Source: a virus (taxonomy: Duplodnaviria > Heunggongvirae > Uroviricota > Caudoviricetes). From it: DNA of 64,000 nt. The stretch lies in IMG/VR virus record IMGVR_UViG_3300021310_000004; one strand, written 5' to 3'. The notes beneath the pieces were generated by a model that worked only from the letters and a program-made list of their open reading frames with translations, was not told the DNA's origin and did no database searches. The translations under genes and the position numbers were made by a program. Shown here piece by piece: positions 49,302 through 58,404 of the stretch. Within the stretch, counting starts at the first letter, position 1. Every line of letters begins with the position of its first letter.

Positions 49302-49535
49302 CTTCGACACCCTTGTTAACTGGTAGCCCCCTCGGACAATCAATCACGTTCTTTCACATTCAATGACCTCGATACCGTTGTTAATCAGTAGCTCTCTCAG
49401 AGCGCGGACTTGACCAGAAGTAAGTGGGTAAACCTCGATGCCCTTGTTAACCGGCAGCCTTCCCGGACCATAAGTACAAGTCGGTGAGCTGATGCAACCC
49501 TCGATACCCTTGTTAACCAGTAGTCCTCACGGACG
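49302..49535 (-). CRISPR. CRISPR-like mini-array 2: four 37-nt repeats (49302, 49367, 49433, 49499), spacers 28/29/29 nt
   Basis: same repeat family as array 1; spacers unrelated to each other. Confidence 0.45.
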
Positions 49536-49641
49536 TCAAATGGGGTGGCTCGTACGACAAGTTCTACAACATCTGGAATGCAGTCCTACCTTGTTTTCCG
49601 GAACCGGTTCGGCTAAAAGCCAGGACGATCGTTCGCCCTAA
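49536..49641 (-). ncRNA. conserved 105-nt tail of array 2, directly 3' of the TnpB-like gene
   Basis: see 48603-48708. Confidence 0.4.
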
Positions 49642-49840
49642 AAATATCTATGATTCGTTCTTGTGTGCCGTATTCTTTATTATGAGATGCAGCCACGCAC
49701 CAATCGTAACCATATCTCTCACTCGAACAGTACTTAGATGTTCAGACACGCCACCAAGAGAAATGGATCCAACCGGGCTAAATGCCATAAAGCCAATTAA
49801 TACAATCAAAACTATACTGATTATATCCGTTGCTTTGACA

Positions 49841-51268
49841 CTACGCTTCTTCATCGCTTTCAATCCTTCCTTCATAAAGCTTTGCTGCATAATACTGTCT
49901 GTATCCTGCTGAGTAGTCCATATCCTTAAGTTTAACCTTTTCTACGCCCTGGTAACCAGCAGCCTTTAATTTCGCATCCATAAGCGTTACCAAAATCGCT
50001 GGCGCATTGTGGCCGATTTCGCTACCTTTTTTGCGCTTCTTCTTCGGACGACCAGATTCTGTAACTTCGTCGCCTTCTTCAAACTGTTTTCTCATGGCCG
50101 CCCATTGGAACGGATAATCGTTTACGACCACACGGTCGCCATACGAAAGAATCTCGTTCGCTAAAATATGACGCTGAATCGAACGTTGCTCCGTTTCGAT
50201 ACGCTGCAGATTCGCCTTCTTATTACGAGCGTCTCTATAAGTCTTTGTTCGAACCCATGTTAAGCGTCGACGTTTGCCATTTTCCATGATTCCATGTTTA
50301 ATGGTTCCATCCTCGTTATAATTGTCCGGATTTGCACGTCTACTAGCTTCATCCATGACCCTTTGCTGATCCGCAATTTCATCCGCAAAATCCGGAATTT
50401 CTTCAGACAAATCTTTAAAGATTAATCCGTCTTTGGTACAAATTGTAACAGATGTTGTATCAATATACACTCCTACTCTTCCTGATCCAATTTGATTCTT
50501 AATCTCGCCTGTATTCTTATCGTACTTAATTGCAGGAACGCCTGTTACTGTTAACTGAACTAAGTATCTATAATTTCCTCGTACCCTCTTTCGAACGATA
50601 CGGACAATCTTAATATCTCGGTCCAACATTTCAATTAACCACAAGTCCTTACGATCAATCATTAACGGCATCTTGATTGTCTTCCCCTTATTGGTACCAA
50701 ATGCACACCATAAGTCTTCATTACCGTTACGGTGTAATACCGTCTTTCCGTCGGCCCCGATTAAGCGTAAACCGCTTTTGCCGGCCGAAGCAATAGAGCT
50801 CCAGGTGTCGAACTTCTTAAATGACACTTTCTCGCCATTTCGGAATAAACAAGTCTCAAATGCGGCCCACATCGGTTTCGAAATAGACGGGCCAACGGTT
50901 GCGGACGGAATATTCTGGCTGTAAACTTGATAATACCTTGTAGCGGTATTCGAAAAATCGAATTCAGACATACCATATTCACGGAGCAACTGCTTTTGCA
51001 TATCTGTGGCCTGTTTAAATTCTTCTGTTTTCTTGGCTTTATTCCGCTCTTTTTCGTCCTTAATCTTGTAGACTTCATTGATTACGGCCTTTGAATTCTG
51101 GTATCGAGTGTCCGCCAGCATCTTTTTGTACCGTTTGATCTCGAAGCCAAGCATGGCGTTATATACCTTACGGTACAATTCGAAGCGCTTAAACAAGATG
51201 TCTTCCTGCCACTTTTCAGTTTTTAAAGGAATCTCAATGACGGACATTGATTTAGGTTCTTTTGCCAT
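49841..51268 (-). CDS. TnpB/Cas12-family (OrfB_IS605-like) protein, predicted nuclease-dead
   Basis: N-terminal IEIPLKTEKWQEDILFKRFELYRKVYNAM matches TnpB N-terminal pattern; RuvC-I region GVYIDTTSVTICTKDG; RuvC-II position reads VVVND (E replaced by N); LMDAKLKAAGYQGVEKVKL matches TnpB YKA..G block; protein ends before zinc finger and RuvC-III. Confidence 0.55.
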   Translation of the reverse strand: MAKEPKSMSVIEIPLKTEKWQEDILFKRFELYRKVYNAMLGFEIKRYKKMLADTRYQNSKAVINEVYKIKDEKERNKAKKTEEFKQATDMQKQLLREYGMSEFDFSNTATRYYQVYSQNIPSATVGPSISKPMWAAFETCLFRNGEKVSFKKFDTWSSIASAGKSGLRLIGADGKTVLHRNGNEDLWCAFGTNKGKTIKMPLMIDRKDLWLIEMLDRDIKIVRIVRKRVRGNYRYLVQLTVTGVPAIKYDKNTGEIKNQIGSGRVGVYIDTTSVTICTKDGLIFKDLSEEIPDFADEIADQQRVMDEASRRANPDNYNEDGTIKHGIMENGKRRRLTWVRTKTYRDARNKKANLQRIETEQRSIQRHILANEILSYGDRVVVNDYPFQWAAMRKQFEEGDEVTESGRPKKKRKKGSEIGHNAPAILVTLMDAKLKAAGYQGVEKVKLKDMDYSAGYRQYYAAKLYEGRIESDEEA

Positions 51269-51273
51269 GCGTC

Positions 51274-51567
51274 TTACAATCCTTTCGTCTTCAGGGAAAT
51301 GACTTCGTCGATACACTTCTTTGCTACCTTTAAATGTAACAAATACTGGCCAGACATCGGATCGGTTGTATTTTTATTATACTTAGATTCGTGCTGCTCG
51401 ATAACGCGCTTTGTCTTTTGCAAGGTATCCAGTGACAATCCCGTCGCAGTACAATCCATTGCACCGGTGTCCGAGATGAAGTTACTGGTATCAATCTTAA
51501 AATCATTGTCCCCCGTAAATGCATCTGCCAATGCCCCAATTAAATCTGCTCTTGAATTACCACTCAT
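51274..51567 (-). CDS. hypothetical protein
   Basis: ORF immediately upstream of TnpB-like gene. Confidence 0.4.
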   Translation of the reverse strand: MSGNSRADLIGALADAFTGDNDFKIDTSNFISDTGAMDCTATGLSLDTLQKTKRVIEQHESKYNKNTTDPMSGQYLLHLKVAKKCIDEVISLKTKGL

Positions 51568-51756
51568 TGTTCTTACCTTTCTTTACTCTCTGTTTTTGTT
51601 ACCTCTTTTCGATCCGTATCTTTGGTCTTTTGAATTTTGCATAATCTATCCGTACAATCCTCGCAAAATTGATAAATTACGCGTTCCTTAATAATCGGAC
51701 AATATTTACTCATACCTATCCTCTATTTTATCACACGGAAAGTCCTTTACTAAACA

Positions 51757-52026
51757 CTATACACGCCTTATTCCGTTGCCGTGCAATAATTTCCAAATCA
51801 TTATTGGCATCATGATCTTACGGGCTGATATGAGAACAATCTCATTCGGGTCTAGCCATCGAATGTGGCCAGCTAAAATTGTTCCGCTCTTAAATCTAGT
51901 CAATCTACCGTTTTCATTCCACTTCCATTTGCATTCATCAGATATAAAACTTGAGGCGAATCCGCCCTTAAATACTACTGTTATCTCGTATTTCTTGCGA
52001 TTTCCTCCAAAGATGCGGGGCCGCAT
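51757..52026 (-). CDS. hypothetical protein
   Basis: ORF coupled to ParM-like gene. Confidence 0.4.
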   Translation of the reverse strand: MRPRIFGGNRKKYEITVVFKGGFASSFISDECKWKWNENGRLTRFKSGTILAGHIRWLDPNEIVLISARKIMMPIMIWKLLHGNGIRRV

Positions 52027-53105
52027 TAAGCGGCACCCTCTTCTTCATTACCTTCATTGTCTTCGTCCTCTTCAGGCTCCTGAATCAGCTTAATTTTAAG
52101 CGTATCCGAACGGCCGCACATTAGAGCCAAAAATCCGATTGCATTAACCATATTCGGGTTCTCCGGCATAGCAGTATTCTCGCCGAAAGCTTCAATCAAA
52201 TCATCACCGATTAAGCTTACTCCGCCACCGATAATAACGAGCTGCATAACATCTAAGGACCAGTTCTTAGTACGAATCTCTTCGATCATGTCTCGAACGT
52301 AATTCTCTAAGTACCGCTTAATAATCTCTGCGGAACGAGCCTCTTTTTCCGGGTTTGGATTTCGGAATTTCAGCTTACGCGGGCCAGAAATTGCTTCGGC
52401 AGCCTTCCGCTTCGTAATCGTTGTCTGGAGTTCGTTCGATAATTCCTGAGCCAATCCAGATACAAGGAAATTTACGCCCTTTGTGGTGGTTCTTCTAGAT
52501 GTTGGATCGATATCTCCGCCACTGTAAATCGTCATATTCACATTCAAGTGGCCGATATCAAGAACACCAACTGCCTCGGAATAATCAATTCCGGGCGTAA
52601 AAATAGCTCCGATGGTCTCCGGATATACATAATGTTGCACGATCTTGAAGGTCTTCTCCATAATGTCACCGGATGCTGCACGATATGTAACGGTATGCTC
52701 TCCAAGTGGCAAGATGTAGTCACGATAATTATTACGTTCATCAACCACTAAATAAGAATCAACCGGGATTCCAACACTGGCTACTACTTCATCAGTGTCA
52801 TTCTCTGAACACTCCTTCGCAATCGCGAGCATGGTACATAACTTATGGATCAATGTCTTCTTGGAAGAATCAAGCTCTGCTTCGATAGACGCGCACTTAC
52901 CAACCTTATAGACGCCACCTTCGAATCCAACAATATAGGTACCATTACCAGGTTCATCATCATCGAACGTCGCGTTTTCCTCATATGCTGTTCTAAAAGC
53001 ATGCGTGAAATATGGAACCTCGTTACTGTTTTCCAAAAAAGCCGGATTTAAGACCGCGCTTTTGGTGAATGACTTACCAGAATCTACTGCGATATATCTC
53101 TTCAT
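52026..53105 (-). CDS. actin-like ATPase, ParM/StbA-like
   Basis: N-terminal IAVDSGKSFTK phosphate-1 motif, later DIGHLNVN and IIGGG motifs. Confidence 0.55.
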   Translation of the reverse strand: MKRYIAVDSGKSFTKSAVLNPAFLENSNEVPYFTHAFRTAYEENATFDDDEPGNGTYIVGFEGGVYKVGKCASIEAELDSSKKTLIHKLCTMLAIAKECSENDTDEVVASVGIPVDSYLVVDERNNYRDYILPLGEHTVTYRAASGDIMEKTFKIVQHYVYPETIGAIFTPGIDYSEAVGVLDIGHLNVNMTIYSGGDIDPTSRRTTTKGVNFLVSGLAQELSNELQTTITKRKAAEAISGPRKLKFRNPNPEKEARSAEIIKRYLENYVRDMIEEIRTKNWSLDVMQLVIIGGGVSLIGDDLIEAFGENTAMPENPNMVNAIGFLALMCGRSDTLKIKLIQEPEEDEDNEGNEEEGAA

Positions 53106-53119
53106 TTCTTATCCTCCTC

Positions 53120-53515
53120 TTAAAACTTATTGCACATTGCAAAGAACGGATCTTCCTTTTCCTTTGCCGGCGCATTATTTACTGGTTTCTTTGTTTTTGT
53201 TGCTGCAGGTCGAACAACCTTTGGAGTCTCTTCTGTTGGCACCAGAGCTGGGCGAACCTCAGTCTTTGGAGTCGCATTGCTTGGCTCAACAATCTGTTCT
53301 ACCTGATTCGCTGGCATCTGCGGCTGTACTTGCACCTGCATTTGAGGTACAGGTTGCATAATAATTGGTGTTGAATCAACCTTAAACAAGCCCTGTGATA
53401 CCTCAATTTCGGCCTTTTCTCTGATTTTCAGATAATCATCTACGGATAACTGGCATCCGGTAAGTGCCATGATTTCCTGTGCGATTTCGCGACTTAAATT
53501 CGATACGTTGGTCAT
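53120..53515 (-). CDS. Pro/Gln-rich hypothetical protein
   Basis: ORF. Confidence 0.4.
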   Translation of the reverse strand: MTNVSNLSREIAQEIMALTGCQLSVDDYLKIREKAEIEVSQGLFKVDSTPIIMQPVPQMQVQVQPQMPANQVEQIVEPSNATPKTEVRPALVPTEETPKVVRPAATKTKKPVNNAPAKEKEDPFFAMCNKF

Positions 53516-53904
53516 GCACTCACCTTCTTTACTCTCTTAGGCCGCAACATATTGCGCAGCTTCTCGTATCCGCTGCATTCGTTGTGGAACTCGCCGATCC
53601 CATAATGATTAACCGGCGTGTTCTTCTGTTTTGGTGCCAAGAAGGTATACAAATACTGGCGGCGTCCATTTGATTCATCAATCTTATAGCCGGAGTATTC
53701 GTTTAAGAAGAACATGATGTTCGCATTGTTACCATAAATCAGCCGAACAGTAGCAGCTTCGAAATTATCTTTCGCAACGCGAATCGGTTTATCCGTTCGG
53801 AATACAATTCTCTTTTCATCAATCGACTCCAAGATTGCAACGCAGTTATTAGCTGCATCCTGGGTAGTTACAACTGTTAGTAATGTCCTCATCTGCTTTG
53901 CCAT
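53512..53904 (-). CDS. hypothetical protein
   Basis: ORF 45 nt downstream of class A copy 10. Confidence 0.45.
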   Translation of the reverse strand: MAKQMRTLLTVVTTQDAANNCVAILESIDEKRIVFRTDKPIRVAKDNFEAATVRLIYGNNANIMFFLNEYSGYKIDESNGRRQYLYTFLAPKQKNTPVNHYGIGEFHNECSGYEKLRNMLRPKRVKKVSA

Positions 53905-53948
53905 AATTTAATCTCCCTTCGGATCATAATCATTCATTCTTACATTAC

Positions 53949-53989
53949 TAATACGTATCATTCGGCTCCATTTTGTGACAAAAAAAAAG
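53949..53989 (-). promoter_or_regulatory. class A bipartite motif
   Basis: TAATACGTATCATTCGG-N5-TTTTGTGACAAAAAAAAAG. Confidence 0.45.
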
Positions 53990-54026
53990 AAAGAACCTAA
54001 AAATAGGTTCTCTCTTTGTGCGCCAA

Positions 54027-55355
54027 TTACTTTTCGAACGGGTAATCAGCATAGCAATGCGGGCAACGGACAGTATGTGGTCCATGTGACAAGAATGTAA
54101 TATCCTCATCCCAATTTTTTCCGCAATTGAAGCATCCAATATGCTTTACCTGGTGAACGACGTCCTTATGAAACTGCTGTGTTGCAATATCAACGTCATA
54201 CAATTTGCGGTACAGCTCAGTTCCGGTGTCATCGGAGACATTCAAGTACATCTTAGTATACTGCTGCTTATACACATCCTTATCTACCGCATCCTGCATG
54301 CTATTAACAATGATTCGATACTGAGCGTTGCAGGTCTCATTCATGTATCGAATTGCGTCCTTATACTTCGTGCGCAAACCTTCTAAGAGCTCTGCGTTTT
54401 TCGCCTCTTCCTCGGCTGTCAATTCGGCCTTCGCAACCAGGTTCGGCTTCGGCTTCGATTGTTCCTTTGGCTTTGGAATGATTGCATCAGAGTCTCCATC
54501 GTTAAGAGTCTCAACGGCAGCTTCGATCACCGGCTCGGCAGCAGGTTCGTTATGTGGTACGTCCTTTTCTTCGACAACCGGAACCTTATCTCCGGAGCCG
54601 ATTAATGCCTCGTTAGACATGTTTTCCTTGTCGTTAGTAACCTTACCGCGACTATCCTTAACAGAATCCTTGAGAGGGGCGATATCTCCCTTTAAGGTTC
54701 CCTGCAGAACCTCCTGGCGATTTCGTCTCATTTCCTTCTTAGCCTTATCTAACTCAGAGCTCTTAGCAACTCTTTCCTGGTTGTCCTGCGGCTTGAACTG
54801 CTTATTTGCTCTCATTTCGGACTTCAAATTCTGGCTAGAAGACAACTGCAATCTATCATGTACCATGCCGGTAATGATTCGAATGTCCTGGTCCGTAATA
54901 GTATTATCATCACAACGCTCGTAATGATCGTACAATACATCCATAACAACCTGGTCTTCGATTGAAGCTAACGCATCCTTCATATCCGGAGTGTAATCGC
55001 TGAACATATCTTCTGAAACACCGTCTAATCCAAGCTTCGCGAAGAACTCATTCCAGTCGAAGATACTTAACGCATCTACGTCAATCACTTCATGGTTGCA
55101 ATCTAACCAGTCAACATTACCACGCTCTATATCGCTTGGTACGAAGTTAACTACGCCGCTCTTAAAGTCAGCCATCTTCTTCATTACGTTAAAGTAAGAT
55201 CCCAGAATCTGGCTCTCCTTCTTTGCTACGAACTCTACGTTCGTCTTATGTCCCTTTAATACCACGACCGGTACAGGCACATTACCATTTCTAAGTAATG
55301 CCATCTTGTTAATCACGTCGAGTTTCTGGTTGTTCCATTTATAGATATTTTCCAT
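54027..55355 (-). CDS. large hypothetical protein with C-terminal zinc ribbon
   Basis: CFNCGKNWDED...CPHCYADY. Confidence 0.5.
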   Translation of the reverse strand: MENIYKWNNQKLDVINKMALLRNGNVPVPVVVLKGHKTNVEFVAKKESQILGSYFNVMKKMADFKSGVVNFVPSDIERGNVDWLDCNHEVIDVDALSIFDWNEFFAKLGLDGVSEDMFSDYTPDMKDALASIEDQVVMDVLYDHYERCDDNTITDQDIRIITGMVHDRLQLSSSQNLKSEMRANKQFKPQDNQERVAKSSELDKAKKEMRRNRQEVLQGTLKGDIAPLKDSVKDSRGKVTNDKENMSNEALIGSGDKVPVVEEKDVPHNEPAAEPVIEAAVETLNDGDSDAIIPKPKEQSKPKPNLVAKAELTAEEEAKNAELLEGLRTKYKDAIRYMNETCNAQYRIIVNSMQDAVDKDVYKQQYTKMYLNVSDDTGTELYRKLYDVDIATQQFHKDVVHQVKHIGCFNCGKNWDEDITFLSHGPHTVRCPHCYADYPFEK

Positions 55356-55399
55356 GTAAATTATCCTTTCGTTCTGTAACTTAAATTTTTTATGGTTAA

Positions 55400-55633
55400 T
55401 TATGCAACGGTATTTGATTGTACCGGTGTTTTTAACATTGCAGACAATCTCCGACCTTCCGATGAGGGAAATGCTGTAGTTATATTGGCCTTTAGCGGAA
55501 TCGCCTCCGTACCAATATGAATAGTTCCATCTCGTTCGGATTTAATGCGTAACGCATAATTGTCGCCGTCACTGGATTCGATTTCTGTGATTCGAAGCCC
55601 ATCCGTGTCCACTAATATGGTCTCTATAATCAT
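55400..55633 (-). CDS. small hypothetical protein
   Basis: ORF. Confidence 0.4.
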   Translation of the reverse strand: MIIETILVDTDGLRITEIESSDGDNYALRIKSERDGTIHIGTEAIPLKANITTAFPSSEGRRLSAMLKTPVQSNTVA

Positions 55634-56376
55634 GATTCCGCCTCCGCTTCTGCTTCCGCAAGAATATTGTTGAACTCTGTAAACTGCAGCAAGAAATTGT
55701 CGCGTCCGCTGCCAAATTCAACATCGGTCGGTAACGACTGGTTCAAGTAATCAAGTGGCGACTGGAAGAATTTACATGCCGCGCCAAGCTTATGCTTCGA
55801 TAACCAATACTTCGCTTTATTTGAGCCGAAGAATTCATATACCTCTTCCATGTTGTGAAATTTGATGTCGCAATCACTGATCAATACGTGATTCAGTAAG
55901 AAGCGGGCCTTATCCCTTGCATTCTCAATGTTGTTCTCATCAAATACCACATAGTGGCATCGACCGTTATCTAACGCACGATTGTATTCCATGATCCACA
56001 ATGTCTGCTCATTATAGTAGCGACGAAGCTGCGGATAACATAAAATTCCGATATAGAAAATGCCGGAACGCTTATCCTTGTATTCCGGTGGGAACTCCAG
56101 CGCATTAAGGGCCTTTGTTAGATTCAACTGCTTGATATGCTCTTCTGTCAGGTAATTAACCACATCCATCGGGCTCCATTCCAGGACATTTTCAAATACG
56201 TACCGGAACAGGGCGCATGCAACTTCGTTCTTCTGCTCTGTTGTGCCCTGGAAGAATGCGGTCGGAAGCATCTTATTACTGTTGTTGCGGATCTGTTCTT
56301 CCCAGACATGAATCGTTGATTTGATGACATCTTGAATGCCACCAATCATATTTACTCCAACTGCTGAATTATCCAT
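55630..56376 (-). CDS. hypothetical protein (start refined to MDNSAVG)
   Basis: AGGAGGATTAAAGAA-ATG. Confidence 0.45.
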   Translation of the reverse strand: MDNSAVGVNMIGGIQDVIKSTIHVWEEQIRNNSNKMLPTAFFQGTTEQKNEVACALFRYVFENVLEWSPMDVVNYLTEEHIKQLNLTKALNALEFPPEYKDKRSGIFYIGILCYPQLRRYYNEQTLWIMEYNRALDNGRCHYVVFDENNIENARDKARFLLNHVLISDCDIKFHNMEEVYEFFGSNKAKYWLSKHKLGAACKFFQSPLDYLNQSLPTDVEFGSGRDNFLLQFTEFNNILAEAEAEAES

Positions 56377-56380
56377 TTCT

Positions 56381-56692
56381 TTAATCCTCCTTGGACTCAG
56401 AATCCAACTCGTCAACCAATTCGACGAGCTCATATAATAAATCATCTATTAATTGCGCAGCCTCGCTTGACTCCAATGCATCAGTATTCTCAAATTCCTT
56501 TGGCTGAGCATCTTCTAATCGATACCAAGGTCTGGTGGACAAGTACATCAAGTATGGTACGTACTTATCGCCACCATTTCTCATGCGCTCAATATCTGCC
56601 GCAGTAATACCGTAATCAATAGATACCACTGGATTTGGCAGATTCTTAAATTCTTCAATCTTTGCATCGTAGCTTTCAAACGTCATTTTCAT
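56381..56692 (-). CDS. hypothetical acidic protein
   Basis: ORF preceded by about 300-nt leader. Confidence 0.45.
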   Translation of the reverse strand: MKMTFESYDAKIEEFKNLPNPVVSIDYGITAADIERMRNGGDKYVPYLMYLSTRPWYRLEDAQPKEFENTDALESSEAAQLIDDLLYELVELVDELDSESKED

Positions 56693-56699
56693 AAATTGA

Positions 56700-57010
56700 C
56701 CTCCGTGATTCGTCGGTCAATAACGACGTGTCGCTACAATACATGGTTTACTTACGCTTGAAACTTCCTTTTAAGCATCAAAATAAAGCCGGGACATTAT
56801 TGGCCGACATACTTAATAAGTTCCAAGTTTACCGGCACGTTGTAGCCGTACCGTAACAAAGGATTTCTCCTTCTCGCGTAAACCTAAGACACCTCATTTT
56901 ATTGAATCGTGCTCCCTTATAACAACAAAGGGCGTTCAACAAAACGAGTATGTTCACTGTATGAAGTTGTATTATGGAATCCATCTACTATACAGACCAA
57001 TTCCGTTCAA
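56700..57010 (-). ncRNA. long structured 5' leader / candidate ncRNA downstream of class A copy 11
   Basis: about 300 nt GC-richer, ORF-free between promoter motif and CDS. Confidence 0.25.
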
Positions 57011-57013
57011 ATA

Positions 57014-57048
57014 TAATACGTATCATTAGGTTCTGTTTTGTGACAAAC
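57014..57048 (-). promoter_or_regulatory. class A bipartite motif
   Basis: TAATACGTATCATTAGG-N5-TTTTGTGACAAAC. Confidence 0.45.
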
Positions 57049-57117
57049 TTTTTTAAAAATATGTAAAAAAAAAAGGAACCCCACCACAGGGTTCCTAGAC
57101 AAACAGTACATATCACT

Positions 57118-57447
57118 TTAAGCTTCAACAGAATTCTCTGCTGGTACATCAACGAAAAAGTGCTTATGGCAAATACCAATGTATGCCAATGTAAGGCCCA
57201 ATACGATCAGACCAGCAATAAGACTAACACTGACAGCCATCATCACCTCGTGCAACATATTGAAGTCACCAAGAACCGGAGTTCCAGCGTGCTGCTGAAC
57301 ATCCAAAAGGTGGCCTTTATACGCGCCTCGAAGAATAATTGTAAACACAAGTGCAAAAAAAGCTTCCGTTTTGGCGAAATTCTTTGCTAACAAATACTTT
57401 CCTTCTTTACGAAGTGTTCTGGTTGTGTTATTCTGTGTCTTGTTCAT
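57118..57447 (-). CDS. membrane protein (hypothetical), start refined to MNKTQ
   Basis: GGAGGAAAATATC-ATG; TM helices. Confidence 0.45.
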   Translation of the reverse strand: MNKTQNNTTRTLRKEGKYLLAKNFAKTEAFFALVFTIILRGAYKGHLLDVQQHAGTPVLGDFNMLHEVMMAVSVSLIAGLIVLGLTLAYIGICHKHFFVDVPAENSVEA

Positions 57448-57551
57448 GATATTTTCCTCCATTCATGAATTAAAATAGTTTTTACAATATTAAATATGGT
57501 AGGAAAATATTAGCGAAAAAAAGAGGCCCGTCATGGGTCTCTTTTTACTTA

Positions 57552-58295
57552 TTATTCGAACAATTTGCCACCGGCGCCGCGTTCCGCCTCACGCATCGCA
57601 TCCGCTGTGATCTCCGCCTTCGTCTCATCATCAATTTCCAATTTGGAGAACTGAATATTTCCAACATTGAACTGCATCAAAAACGAACAATTTTCTCCGT
57701 TGTCATCCAGAACACGGAAATAAGCAATCGGGAACGTCGCACTCATTACGCCCTGGCCGTTCATAATATTCGGCATCAGAGTTAATGAGAACATCGGGAC
57801 AACATTCGCCCCTGTAAGAGCAACCTGTTCCTGCATGACGCGATATCGGTTCATGAACTCATTGAGCTCCTTCATATACGCGTCCTTTGCACTGTCGAAT
57901 CGTAAAATCAAATTGAACAGATTTCCATCCAATGAATAGATGTCAAACGCTGCATTCTCTACTACGATCTGATCAACATACTCACGATTTTCTTCCGAGA
58001 TATCTTCAAGTGTCATGTTTTCGGTCACGTTATGAAGTCTTGAAATATCTGCCACAATCACACCAGGGCAGTGTCCGTTTTCATCTAACACCTGAAGCGC
58101 CGTGACGATATTGTCCGGTGTAATTTCCATCTTTGGTTCACCGAATACATTTTCCATTTCCGTGCCTCTAAATGGAACTACATTGTCCGGGCCTTCTACT
58201 TGTACAGCGGCCACATCTGGTTTAGAATCTGGTTCCGGAATTGGCTCTTCGAATAATGAATTCAACATTTCAGTACTAATCTTCTCTTCTGACAT
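57552..58295 (-). CDS. hypothetical protein (start refined to MSEEKIS)
   Basis: AAAGAAAGGAATGAAATC-ATG. Confidence 0.45.
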   Translation of the reverse strand: MSEEKISTEMLNSLFEEPIPEPDSKPDVAAVQVEGPDNVVPFRGTEMENVFGEPKMEITPDNIVTALQVLDENGHCPGVIVADISRLHNVTENMTLEDISEENREYVDQIVVENAAFDIYSLDGNLFNLILRFDSAKDAYMKELNEFMNRYRVMQEQVALTGANVVPMFSLTLMPNIMNGQGVMSATFPIAYFRVLDDNGENCSFLMQFNVGNIQFSKLEIDDETKAEITADAMREAERGAGGKLFE

Positions 58296-58345
58296 GATTT
58301 CATTCCTTTCTTTACTACATATAATCATTGACGTTATTTACGCCT

Positions 58346-58380
58346 TATATAAATATGTCTCGAATTTTTGGGAACAAAAA
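58346..58380 (-). promoter_or_regulatory. class B extended motif (GTTCCCAAAA-N9-CATATTTATATA minus-sense) preceded by terminator
   Basis: same architecture as 35585; followed by ACGTCAATGA...AAAGAAAGGAATG-ATG. Confidence 0.45.
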
Positions 58381-58402
58381 AGCTCGCATAATGCGAGCCT
58401 TT
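58378..58402 (-). terminator. rho-independent terminator (GGCTCGCATTATGCGAGC + T6)
   Basis: hairpin plus T-run after 58405..59193. Confidence 0.6.
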
Positions 58403-58404
58403 TC

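Noticed and set aside
48366-49535. Interpretation of the arrays as a simple minisatellite / tandem duplication
   Set aside because: Only the 37-nt units are homologous. The intervening 28-31-nt segments share no similarity while keeping constant length. That is a repeat-spacer pattern, not unit duplication. The CRISPR call is still kept at moderate confidence because the repeats are unusually divergent.
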